Shown here: positions 53,101-64,000 of the stretch, in pieces
How positions within the stretch are numbered: the first letter of the stretch is position 1
Layout of the letters: the number at the start of each line of letters is the position of its first letter
NCBI RefSeq assembly: GCF_004010195.1
Contig: NC_057718.1
Coordinates: 71,943,271 to 72,007,270 of the forward strand
Direction: 5' to 3'
Source of the DNA: Chiloscyllium plagiosum
Taxonomy: Eukaryota
DNA: 64,000 nt
Notes under the pieces: generated by a model
Database searches by the model: none
What the model saw: the letters and a program-made list of their open reading frames with translations, nothing else
What the model was told of the DNA's origin: nothing
Program-made: the position numbers and the translations under genes

Positions 53101-53268
53101 ATATCCTGAACACAGGGACTTTAATTCAGCCCACTGCAAAACCCCAAAACAAAGCCAAGGCTCAGCCATACAGTTAAAACTTTCTTCAGAATCCGGGTCA
53201 GCAAGCTATTGCAATTGTTGCCAGTATGTGGACTCCAGACAGCAAGAGAATCACACTAAATCTAAATT

Positions 53269-53423
53269 TAAAAATCACACAACACCAAGTTATTGTCCAA
53301 CAGGTTTAATTGGAAGCACACTAGCTAGTGTGCTTCCAATTAAACCTGTTGGACTATAACCTGGTGTTGTGTGATTTTTAACTTTGTACACCCCAGTCCA
53401 ACACCGGCATCTCCGAATCATAG
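53269..53423. mobile_element. Near-perfect hairpin PLE-terminus insertion
   Basis: 56 bp arms about the axis 53324/53325. TSD ATCTAAATT at 53260-53268 and 53424-53432. Confidence 0.85.
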
Positions 53424-54984
53424 ATCTAAATTGAATGAGAGAACTCATAGGCTGGTACCCAGGAGAGTGCACAACCTGGAAAGTCCACCGACATCTGGTT
53501 TGGAACAGTTAAATTGCATCGCATCATCCAAATTAAAATCAAAGTAAATGTCTGATTAAATGGTCACCTGATTCTAATGGATGTTGATACCACTGCTTCT
53601 GTTTCCGTGATTGCAGAACCAGTCTTTAACAAAATTCTGGACTCCAACCTTTACGTTTGTGCAAGACCTCAGCTAGACTATGAACCCATTACAGTTTAAG
53701 GTTAAAAGTTTGGTTGTTGTTGTTGTGTTGCCATAATCTTACCAGACCATAGGACTGCTCTCTCATTAGAGAGAGAAGGGATTGGTGGTGATTTACCCTG
53801 AGGGCCACCATACCTCAGGTGAGGGAAGACATTGAGAAGGAGAGTCCTTCATGGTAACCTCAAAACAGTGATGGGAATTGAACGCACACTATTGGTATCA
53901 CACTGCTCTATAAACCAACAATCCAGCCAACTGAACCGAACCAATTCCCACACATTTGGTTCCGGTCTCATATGAGGGGCAAGATGGTTATCATTGATTG
54001 TTACCCCGAATGACCTACTTGGGCTCCAGAGTCGAAAAGACCGGGTTGCATGTGTTGTAAGATAAAGTGAGGGTGATCAAAGTTGTGAACAGAAGATCAG
54101 TGAAACAGTGTCACCTGCCATACAGCCTCAGACTTGTTCCTTCAGTCACTGTTGCAGATGTCAGACTGGCCTTCTTGAGAATGAACCCATGGAAAGCCCA
54201 GCCCAAGCTCGATGGGTTGAGAAAGATTCACTTAGATTGGCTCCACATATTTTGCTTAGAAAATGTCTGCCTAATTGAAGTCTTAATTAAATACTTGAGT
54301 GTTTTTCATGAAGGTCGAGACACTATCAAAGGAGTCAAAGCCACCTTGCATGTTGACCAGGAAGCAATTCCACGATTCTGCAAAGCATGTGCAGTGCCAA
54401 TTGCCTTCAAGGCAAAAGTAGAGGCAGAAATCAGAACGGTAGAAAGCAAACGAATCATCAAACCAGTCTAGTTTATGGAATGGATAGCACTGGTCGTACA
54501 GATTGTGAAGCTCAACTGGTCAGTTAATCTTTGTGGGATTTTAAACTGTAAACCGCTCTTCACAGCTAGATAAATACCCAATCCAATAAGGCAGTCTTGA
54601 AGGTGGATATGAGCCATATATACTTACAATTGTGATTAGATGAGGACTTCCAGAAGTTTGCTACATTAATATGCATTAATAGTTTATACCAATGTACAGC
54701 ACTGCAATTTGGTGTATCTGCAACCTATAGGGACCATGGAGAACATTTTGCAAGGTTTACCTCAGGTTGCTATTTATCTAGATGACATGCTAATAACTGG
54801 GAACACTAATAAGGAGCACTGAGAGAATGTGGATATAGTCCACAGATATTTTTCCCAAGTGGGCACATGCCTTAGAAGGGAAAAACGCGTGTTCCAGGCA
54901 CCCCGAATGACCTACTTGGGCTCCAGAGTCGACAAGACCGGGTTGCATCTGTTGGAAGATAAAGTGAGGACGATCAAAAGTGTG

Positions 54985-56500
54985 AACAGAAGATCAGTGA
55001 AACAGTAATACCAGCCATGACAGCATTGGATGTACCTGTTCCCTCAGTCACTGCTGCAGACACCAGATTGGCCTTCTTGAGAGTGAACCCATGGAAAGCG
55101 ACTGGCCCAGATGGATTCCCCGGCTGTGCATTTAGATCCTATGTGAACCAGCTTTGTTGACATCTTTAAACTCTCCTTGCCAGGATCTGAAGTCTCCACC
55201 TGCTACAAGAAGACCACCATCCTGGTACCAAAGAAAACATATGTAATGTGCCTCAATGACGACTGCCCACTGGTTCTCACCTCCATAATTATGAAGTGCT
55301 TCAAGACGTTAGTTGTGACTCATATCAACTCAAGCCTCCCAGCCTACCTCGATCCCTTGCAATTTGCCTACCAGCACAACAGGCCTACAGCAGACACCAT
55401 CCCCCCAGCCCTACACTCATCCCTGGAACATTTGGATAATAAGGATACCTACATCAGGTTTCTATTTATTGACTACAGCTCTGCCTTCAACATTATAATC
55501 CTAACCAAAATAATCTCCAAACTCCAAGACTAGGTCTCTGCTCCACCCTCTGCAACTGGATTCTTGACCCACAAACCGCAATCAATGAAAAGAAGCAACA
55601 ACACCTCCTCCATGACAACCCTCAACGCCAGCACTCCACAAGGATATGTACGTCCCCCCGTCTACTATACTCCCTGCACACTCATGACTGTGTGGCCAAA
55701 TTTCATTCGAACTCTACCTGCAAGTTTGCTGACGACTGTTCAGAGTCAGATATCAAACAATGATGTGTCAGAATAAAGGAAAGAGAGAGTGCTTGATAGC
55801 ATGATATAAAGATAACAATCTCTCCGTCAACATCAGCAAAATTAAAGTGCTGATCATTGACATCCCGAAGCAAGGAGGGCATGCTCCTATTCACATTGAT
55901 GGCGCTGAATGGAGGTGGATAACAGCATCAAGTTCCTGGAAGTGATGATCTGTTCTGGACCACCCACGCTAATGTGACAGTTAAGAAGGCATAACACCTT
56001 TTCTTCCTCAGGAGGCTAAGGAAATTCAGCATGTCCATAAGGACTGTCGCCAATTTTTATCAATGCAACATAGAAAGCATTCTATCTGGATGCATCACTG
56101 TTTGGTACAGCAAAAGCTCTGCCCAGGCTGTAAGAAACTGCAGCCATCCTTCTACACATTGGCTGCATCTATACTTCTTGATGCCTTAGAAAGACAGCCA
56201 ACATCGAAAACCTCTCTCACCCTGGTTATGACGTCTTCCAAAGTCTTCCATCAAGCAAAAGATACAAAAGCTTAACCGCATGTACAGTATTTCTCCCGTA
56301 CCCGCCAGAGTACATTTCAAGACCTACCACGGAAGCCTGAAACCATGGATAGGCACAAACTCATTCATTTAAATGGGAAATTTACCTTCCTGGCAGCGTC
56401 TGGGTTCTGGAAGGTTCCCTTTGATATGCTTGGGCTGTGGTAAACCCCAGGTAACTAAAACCGCAGATGCGGCGGTCGACCTGTACCAAAACGTTCAAAA
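54985..56500 (+). mobile_element. Rex1/Babar-type LINE RT fragment nested in Gypsy
   Basis: ORF 55177-55533 [39 protein letters not shown]. Confidence 0.85.
56285..56483. mobile_element. Possible Tc1/mariner (Tigger-like) MITE
   Basis: TA|CAG...CTG|TA boundaries interrupting the Rex1 tail. Confidence 0.45.
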
Positions 56501-57019
56501 CTGGTCACGTTGGCAAGTCAAAGTTGTCAGGGAAGTGAAGAAACAGCTCTCACCTTCTAAGGTGTTGGCATACTATGATCCCAAGTGAGATCTGGTATTG
56601 AAATGCAATGCTTCCCCATACAGCATCAGGGTAGTATTAGTACAATGGAGAGGAACATCCAACAGCATACTCATCCAGGACTTTGACTAATGCAAAGTGT
56701 AAATACACCTAGATAGAGAAGGAAGGTTTGGTGGTCATATACGGAGTCAGGAAGTTACACCAATACCCTAATGGATGTAAGTTTGTAATAATAACGGACC
56801 ACAGACAGGTCAATTAAAGAGGACAAAGCAGTGCCACCCATAGTTTTAGATCCGACCATTGAATTCACTCTGAAGCTAAGTGTGTAAAATTACAAGTTGG
56901 AACACAATCCAGAAGGCCAAGTAGCAAATGCGGATGCATTGAGACAACTACTATTAGCAGATACATACCGGGGCTACCATCACTGGAAGAGTCCATAACG
57001 ATTTTAAATTTTCTGGACA

Positions 57020-58660
57020 CAGGAGGAAGAGTAGGTTTAGATGGAAGAGTGGTTTGAGGAGGAGGAGGGAGAGCAGGAGATAGCAGGAAGAGGTTGAAGC
57101 ATCATCAGGGAAGCAGAAATTGCAAAACAGTTGGCAATGTTAAGGGGGCGGCATCATGTTTCTCCATGCAAATTAAGCATGTGGCCAAATAAGGAAGCAC
57201 TTCACCTGCTTGGGGCTGAGTTCGTGCCTGGTCTCCAGCAGTCCTCTGTCAATCAGTTTGTTCCAGCACCTTCTGCATACAAACCAATGACGTGTTCAGT
57301 TCGCGCCCCCAAATCTAATTTATATACTAAGGTGCTGGTTGAAATTTAGGGGAATGTCTTACATATTCAGAGGGGTCATAGGCCTCTTCCTCTGATGTTG
57401 CTGGTGTGAGAGGCTCAGATTGCAGCTCTTGGACTATGTAACTCCCCAGGTGCTGCTTGTACCTTTCGAAGTGAAATAAATAGTTCACAAAATTTCAAGA
57501 GAGCTTCTGCTGACGACTATGCTTGCTTACTGGGTTGCTGCTTACTGGCCTACTTGTGTCTCCTTGTCACTACAGGAACAATTCCCATCTTCTGCAGCCA
57601 GCTCAATGACATTTGCTCAAAAGAGAAAAGCAGCAGTCGACATCCCCCTGTAGGTCTTACCCTTCTCAAGGTGGTTGTGTGCCAACTTTTCCTGAAATAA
57701 GATTAACAGAAGTGATGAACGTGATGCTACAGAAGCACTTTGTGAGCATGTGTGACCATATGTGGTGGTGAACCACCCTCAGTGAGTGAGAAATGCAAGG
57801 AAAAAATTGTTTAATAGTTTCAGAGAATGAAGTGGCTGTGAACTCAAGTGCACAACATTCATGTGATGCCGAAGTTTGCAGACTGAGACTTTGAGAGATG
57901 CCTGTGCAATGACAGAGCTAGACTTAGTAATGCCCTTGCGAGTGTGTGAACTAGCAGAGAGACGGTGCTCCCTATCCTTAAGGCATGACATTTTCTTGTG
58001 ACACTGCTTTCCATTCCTTTTGGTGTGAACCAATGTCAGTTTGCGATCTCAGCCCAGGCAAGAAAGGTCCAACAACATGCCTTCTATTACGGGTCACCGA
58101 AGATGAGAATAGACCTTCCTTAGGTCAATCCATACAGCAGCTTTTCAGGGCAGCATCAATAAACTTGGGAGTGAGTTTTGACCTTTGGGGAGGTATTTCT
58201 GGGCCTCAAGGGCAAACCATAATAAGCTGAGCAGAAGCTCCTGGCTTGTAGCTTCTGAAGTGGTATCCAGCTAGCCTTGTAATGCAACACCAGAATCTGT
58301 GAGACTGGAAGACCATCCAGTTGTTCATTAAGCAACGCGCGCAACATCTTGCTTTGGTGGATATGATGCCAACACAGTGCTTCAATTCAAAATAAAAATC
58401 TATGCCACTATACCCAGATCATAATAATATTATGATAACAATTTTCTAAATAATACATCTGTGACTCATACCTGAAAAGGAATAATTCATCATCTTGAAT
58501 ATTTAGCTCAGAACAAGGCTGTCAAATCTCTCTGGGCACAATACCCAACTACAGATTTTGCTAAAACTGTCAAGGTAACTGAGATTTGGCGGGTTTGTAG
58601 TGGGTATTTATGAAAAGGCACTCCCAGTTTTAAGTCTGTTTTAGCAAAATCTCACACTCA
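57020..58660. mobile_element. Decayed Harbinger-like DNA transposon remnant (Myb/SANT-like fragment on minus strand, ~57985-58160)
   Basis: Minus strand reads DAAL...AWAEIA...TKRNGKQCHKKM across frameshifts, resembling Myb/SANT domains of Harbinger ORF1. Acidic purine-rich stretch at 57020-57100. Confidence 0.45.
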
Positions 58661-58675
58661 GCTTCCTGCAAGGTC

Positions 58676-60073
58676 CCCCTGTTCAAGAAGGGGAATAGAG
58701 ACAATCCAGGTAATTATAGACCAGTGAGCCTTACTTTAGTTGTTGGTAAAGTGTTGGAAAAGGTTATAAGAGATACGGTTTATAATCATCTCGAAAAGAA
58801 TAATTTGATTAGGGATAGTCAGCACGGTTTTGTGAAGGGTAGGTCGTGCCTCACAAACCTTATTGAATTCTTTGAGAAGGTGACCAAAGAGGTAGATGAG
58901 AGTAAACCAGTTGATGTGGTGTATATAGATTTCAGCAAGGCGTTTGATAAGGCTCCCCACAGTTGGCTATTGTGCAAGATTCGGAGGAATGGGATTATGG
59001 GAGATATAGCAGTTTGGATCAGTAATTAGCTTGCTGAAAGAAGACAGAGGGTGGTGGTTGATGGGAAATGTTCATCCTGGAGTCCAATTACCAGTGGTGT
59101 ACCACATGGGTCGGTGTTGGGTCCACTGCTGTTCATCATTTTTATAAACGACCTGGATGAGGGCGTAGAAGGGTGGGTTAGTAAATTTGCAGACAACACT
59201 AAGGTCGGTGGAGTTGTGGATAGTGACGAAGGATGTTGTAGGTTACAGAGAGACATAGATAAGCTGCAGAGCTGGGCTGAGAGGTGGCAAATGGAGTTTA
59301 ATGCGGACAAGTGTGAAGTGATTCACTTTGATCGGAGTAACCGGAATGCAAAGTACTTGGCTAATGGTAAGATTCTTGGTAGTGTAGATGAGCAGAGAGA
59401 TCTCGGTGTCCAGGTACACAGATCCTTGAAAGTTGCCACCCAGGCTGACAGGGTTGTTAAGAAGGCATACAGTGTTTTAGCTTTTATTAATAGAGGGATC
59501 GAGTTCCGGAACCATGAGGTTATACTACAGCTGTACAAAACTCTGGTACGGCCGCACTTGGAGTTTTGTGTCCAGTTCTGGTCACCACATTATAAGAAGG
59601 ATGTGTAAGCTTTGGAAAAGGTGCAGAGGATATTTACTAGGATGTTGCCTGGTATGGAGGGAAGGTCTTACGAGGAAAGGCTGAGGGACTTGAGGCTGTT
59701 TTTGTTAGAGAGGAATAGGTTGAGAGGTGACTTAATACAGACATTTAAGATAATCAGAGGGTTAGATAGGGTGGACAGGGAGAACCTTTTTCCAAGTATG
59801 GTGACAGCAAGCACGAGGGGGCATAGCTTTAAATTGAGGGGTGATAGATATAGGACAGATGTCAGAGGTAGTTTCTTTACTCAGAGAGTAGTAAGGGTTT
59901 GCCTGCAACGGTAGTGGATTCGCCAACATTAAGTACATTTAAGTCGTCATTGGACAAGCATATGGACATACATGCAATAGTGTAGGTTAGATGGGTTTCA
60001 GATTGTTGCGCCGACCTGTCATACCATCGAGAGCCGAAGGGCCTGTTCTGCGCTGTAATGTTCTATGTTCTAT
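58676..60073 (+). mobile_element. Well-preserved CR1/HER1 LINE 3' part (RT domain and tail)
   Basis: ORFs 58724-59914: QHGFVKGRSCLTNLIEFF, GVPHGSVLGPLLF, KFADNTK, RPHLEFCVQFWSPHY. Tail GAAGGGCCTGTTCTGCGCTGTAA(TGTTCTA)n. Confidence 0.95.
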
Positions 60074-60114
60074 GACTCTATATTAGGCTACCAGTTTCTC
60101 CATCTCCATCATAT

Positions 60115-60760
60115 CAACTCTGATGATACCACCTTCCACAGGGACAGCCTCGATTACATCCACCATTTTCCTCAACTGAGCATTCCGTCATCATGATTGA
60201 TAGGGCCCACAGCCATGCCTGACACATTTCCCTCTGCCCTCATGCCTTCCCACCCACAACAACAATAGGGACCGTTGTCCTCTATTTCCACCTCACCAAC
60301 ATCAGCATCCAAAAGGATCATAAGCCACCATTCCACCACCTCCAGTGTGATATTACCCTGCCCTCTCTTATCAACATTCCATACGATTCATTCCCTCCAG
60401 CACATTCTGATCCGCTTCTGCTCCATTCCCAACACCATCTCATACCCTCAAGGCACCCACCATGTAATCACAGAAGGTACACTACTTCCCCATTTACCTC
60501 CTCCCTCCTCACTATCCAAAGCCCCAGACATGCTGTCCAAGTGAAGCAATGGACTTCATTCAATCTAATCCATAGCATTTGGTGCCTGCCACTTCAACAC
60601 ATCACTATGTTCCCATGCCAGAATTTCTGTCACAGGCCTGCTGCAATGCTCCAGTGAAGCTCAGTGCAAGCTGGAGGAAGTACAGCTCATTTTTCCCCAT
60701 AGGTATCTTACAAGCCTCACAACTAACATTGAATGTAACAATTTCAGAACATTAACACCT
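60115..60760 (+). mobile_element. Old PLE fragment
   Basis: Degenerate similarity to the RT-thumb/GIY-YIG region of the PLE at 33576-34782 (e.g. AAGCTGGAGGAAGTACAGCTCAT). Confidence 0.55.
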
Positions 60761-61552
60761 GTCACTGTGTTTCCCTCATAACCCCAGGTCCTCTTATGTT
60801 ATTCTCCCAGCACAGCAAATTCATTTTTAACTACTCACTGTGAATCAAGATGTTGTCAAAAACTGCACTATACACAATGACTAACTACATTCAAGAAACC
60901 AACTTAACCACACTGACCATATGCTAAAACCTTACGCCTCAGAGACAAAGGAATCTAAACAAGTTTTTTCATCTTCCTTTGTATGGGATATTTTTCCTTA
61001 ACACTGTACATGTGTGGACCTATGTTACTGTGCAAAAGCATGTGCTTGACATTGTGATTTTCTTTATTTTCCTCAGTTAATGTGTTCCTTCCTTAACTCA
61101 AGCAAATTTTGTTGATTGGTTACCTATTGTTCACAGCAAACATAGTAAAATTACTTTTTAAACTAATGCAAAACTTAATCAAAAACATTGACTAGACAGT
61201 CCACTCTTTCTCACTTTTCTTTGTTCTTACATCAGCTATGGGCAGCATTGGCAAAGCTGGTATTTGTTTACCATCCCCAGTTTCCCCTGATTGACTGGCT
61301 TTCTAAACATTTGAGATTGCTGTTGGTCTGAGTCACATGAAGGCCAAACAGGGTAAGGTTTCCTTCTATAAAAGAATGGATGGGACTTTATGACATGGAC
61401 ACCGTTAAATTAGCCTTTAGTTTCAGATTTTTAGTGAAATTTTAATTCAAGGTCTGTCATGGTAGGATTCAAACCAATGTCCCCAGAACATCAGCCTGAT
61501 TACTAATCCAGTGATGTTACCATTACACCATCCATTCCTGGTTTAAAAAATA

Positions 61553-61712
61553 CAGAGGAACCTCGATTATCCGGCATTCGGTTATCCGAATAGCGAATTA
61601 CCCAGCAAGACTGCTCAGCTAAATTATGTCATCTGCGTTCGATTATCCGAAATTCGATTAACCAAACAAAATATTGCCTGTTCAGGCCCTTAGGTTAATT
61701 GAGCTTCTTCTG
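61553..61712. mobile_element. Tc1/mariner (pogo/Tigger-like) MITE
   Basis: TA|CAGAGGAACCTCGATTATCC...GGTTAATTGAGCTTCTTCTG|TA imperfect TIRs, internal TTCGATTATCCG repeats. Confidence 0.75.
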
Positions 61713-61904
61713 TACACATATGGATTTGAAAGTCAAAAAACGAGTAACATTGCACAAATAGAAGTTTTGAAATTTTTAATTTGGAAGAGGAAAGAGTGCT
61801 ATCTAATCTTAATTATAAAGGAATTAAATAAACTTTTTGACATGTTATTCACACTTGCAAATGAAAGAAATCTTCAATACTTTTTGATGAACTCCATTTC
61901 TCAC

Positions 61905-62039
61905 CTTTTAAACCTGAGTGGATCACAGTTGGTGACAAATCATCATAGTTGTTCATCATGCTAATATCCCCAGATGTGAAGCTAACAGTCAGCACTGGCT
62001 TGCTATTCTGAATTGGTATGGGGTATATTGTTGGGCCAT
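61905..62039 (-). CDS. TULP4: TULP4/TULP4-like internal coding exon (135 bp, phase 1/1)
   Basis: Minus strand ttacAG|AT GGC CCA...GGT TTA AAA G|GTGAGA. Translates (D)GPTIYPIPIQNSKPVLTVSFTSGDISMMNNYDDLSPTVIHSGLK, matching the recalled TULP4 segment DGPAAYPIPVQNIKPLLTVSFTSGDISLMNNYDDLSPTVIRSGLK. Confidence 0.93.
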
Positions 62040-62847
62040 CTGTAATGAAAGTACATAACCATAACTTAAATTTTAAAGGGCATGTAAAATAGCCTTTGAA
62101 TGCAAGAACGATTTTTGCAACCTCTCAAAATGGTACTACCTGAGACTTAAAGTTCATTGACTTTAACAGATTCAAACAGAAACAAAGAATTTTTTTTTAA
62201 TTTAGCCTAAAATGGACACAAATATAACTGCATAAAATTATTTTTAATAATTCTGCTTATTCACTTTTGAGCAAATGCTATGCAAAGTGTCAAATACTGT
62301 TGACTGAAAACTGGGAAAATCTGCTCATGGATAAATAACTTGTTAGTTCAAAACTACTGTGTGAGAGAGCATTAGTTGGTACCCTCTGCAGTATAAAATT
62401 AAATTAAAATGCTTACAAACATGAAAAATGATGATTCTGGAAATTGAAACTGTACAGCAAAGTGTTACAAAATGGGAGAATAAAACCTTGCAAGAGATAT
62501 CAAAATCAACACAAAAAGGTTAGTCAGGAATAACAGTGTGACCGGGAGTTATCTATTGAAAACTCAGTGACATTATAAATGAAAAGGAGGAAATGAAGGA
62601 CATTCTGCTACTTTGTATCGATATATATAGTGTAGGAAAGGATCAGCGCGCAATATTGAATCAAGGAACTTCTGAACTTCCCTCAATTTAAGGAGCATTA
62701 CTTACCATTTCTTTAACATTTCAGAAAGGAGATAACACTCAATGAATTATCGACCAAATCGCTTAATGTCTTATTTCAGAAATTAATAGCATCTATAATC
62801 AGGATGACAAATACCTAGAAAACAGCAATTTAAAGATTGCCAAAATA

Positions 62848-64000
62848 GGGAATCCAAGACGGCGGCCATCTAAACGGATTGCTTTGCTGGGTTCTGCATC
62901 ACAGTACAAGCAAAGCAGTGCTTTAACCCACCCTACTCAAACCATTTCGCGAAGTTTCAACACTGAAATAGTTGTAGAATTTTTATCAGTCCCTGTTTTG
63001 CCGAGTGGAAATGACAAAACACTGAAAAGGATCAATACGTGGAGCTCCCGCCAGAGGCATCTAATTCAGGCACGGCCGTGACTGCGGCTCCCCCTACCAA
63101 TTCGATGGACCCAATTCGATGTCGCACAGCTCACAAAGTTGTGTGAAAAGCTTGAAGACAAGATCAAAGAAAAGTTTAACAGTAAGTTGGACTCGCTCTC
63201 TACCGTAATACAAAAACATGATCAGCAGCTTGAAAACCTCGGGAAGAGAGCAGATGAGGCCAGGCGCTGAACCGCAATGGCAGAGACTGCGATTGATTCA
63301 TCATAAGATCAGATCCGAGCCCTTGAAATACAGGTACGTAATTCAATTGATCAAGTTGACGATCTCGACAGCAGGGGCAGGAGGAAAAATGCCCTTATCG
63401 TCAGTCTACTCGAGGGAACGGAAACCAGTGGAACTTTTCAAGAACTGGCAGCTGCAATTCCTCAACATAGAAGTCGAAATGGGTGGGTGAAAATTGAAAG
63501 AGCACACCGGGTTATGGCACGCAGGTCAGGTTTGTACCAGTGCCCTGCCCTATCTTCGTGCGGTTTCACAGCTCCAGGGACAAACAAAGAATCATGGAAA
63601 CCTCCAGAACCGGGGAAAGAGCCGAAGGCTTTGGCTCACGAGGGCTTCAGGATCATGTTTTTCCAGGACTTCTCGGTGGTAGTGATCCGGAAAATAAATC
63701 CTTTGAAGGATATCGAGAAAAGATTAAGGGAACTCGGGATCCAACACTATTCAAGGTACATAGCAGTGTTTTGGTTTGCTTTCAATGGATCTGCACATCC
63801 ATTCAATTCTCTACAGAAAGCAAAAACATTTGTGGACGCTTTAAATTAGATGGGACAATTTAATGGATACAGGTAATTTTTTTTATATTTAAAGAAAGTC
63901 TTGTTGGGATTTTTCTGGAACTAACCAGTGTTAAATTATACTTGGGGGTGGACATAGTCTTCACTTTTAATCCATTATTTAAAGCTATTTTTTCTCTTTT
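62848..64000 (+). mobile_element. L1-clade LINE 5' end with frameshifted ORF1
   Basis: 5' CCAAGACGGCGG (YY1-like). Coiled coil then DDLDSRGRRKNALIVSLLEGTE, KIERAHRV, IFVRFH and IMFFQDFS (L1 ORF1p RRM/CTD), then AT-rich inter-ORF sequence. Confidence 0.85.

Larger units (their letters stand above)
50169..57020 (+). mobile_element. Degraded Gypsy LTR retrotransposon: 5' LTR (50169-52447, interrupted), gag, protease, RT, RNase H
   Basis: TG..CA LTR. Gag PLFGTFDLFEP and LTACGPTAFSIIRSL. Protease MDVDTTASVS at ~53580. RT YLDDMLITG at ~54775. RNase H LAYYDPK and IEKEGLVVIYGVRK at 56560-56760. Confidence 0.85.

Overview
Vertebrate nuclear DNA, almost certainly a shark (cartilaginous fish). It is dense in HE1-type tRNA-derived SINEs, CR1/HER1 LINEs, Penelope-like elements (PLEs) with hammerhead ribozyme cores, RTE, Rex1/Babar, Tx1, L1 and Gypsy relics. 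The window is mostly intron of a minus-strand TULP4 / TULP4-like gene. Three coding exons are visible (61905-62039, 45527-45693, 14202-14436). The SOCS-box exon expected between the last two could not be found. Main unexplained structures: (1) Tx1-type retroelements and unrelated polyadenylated sequences inserted repeatedly at one position just downstream of the TATA box of a Gypsy LTR family, in two separate LTR copies (35.3-36.6 kb and 50.2-52.4 kb), including four short units with the same 5' start. (2) A C2H2 zinc-finger cassette that appears to have been retrotransposed with an HE1 SINE as its 3' tail into an RTE LINE (41.3-42.6 kb). (3) Many PLE insertions with inverted termini, 9-16 bp target-site duplications (TSDs) and hammerhead cores, including a hairpin centred on the ribozyme stem-III palindrome. 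Repeat boundaries were read by eye and are approximate unless TSDs are quoted. Repeat family names come from recognised motifs, not database searches.
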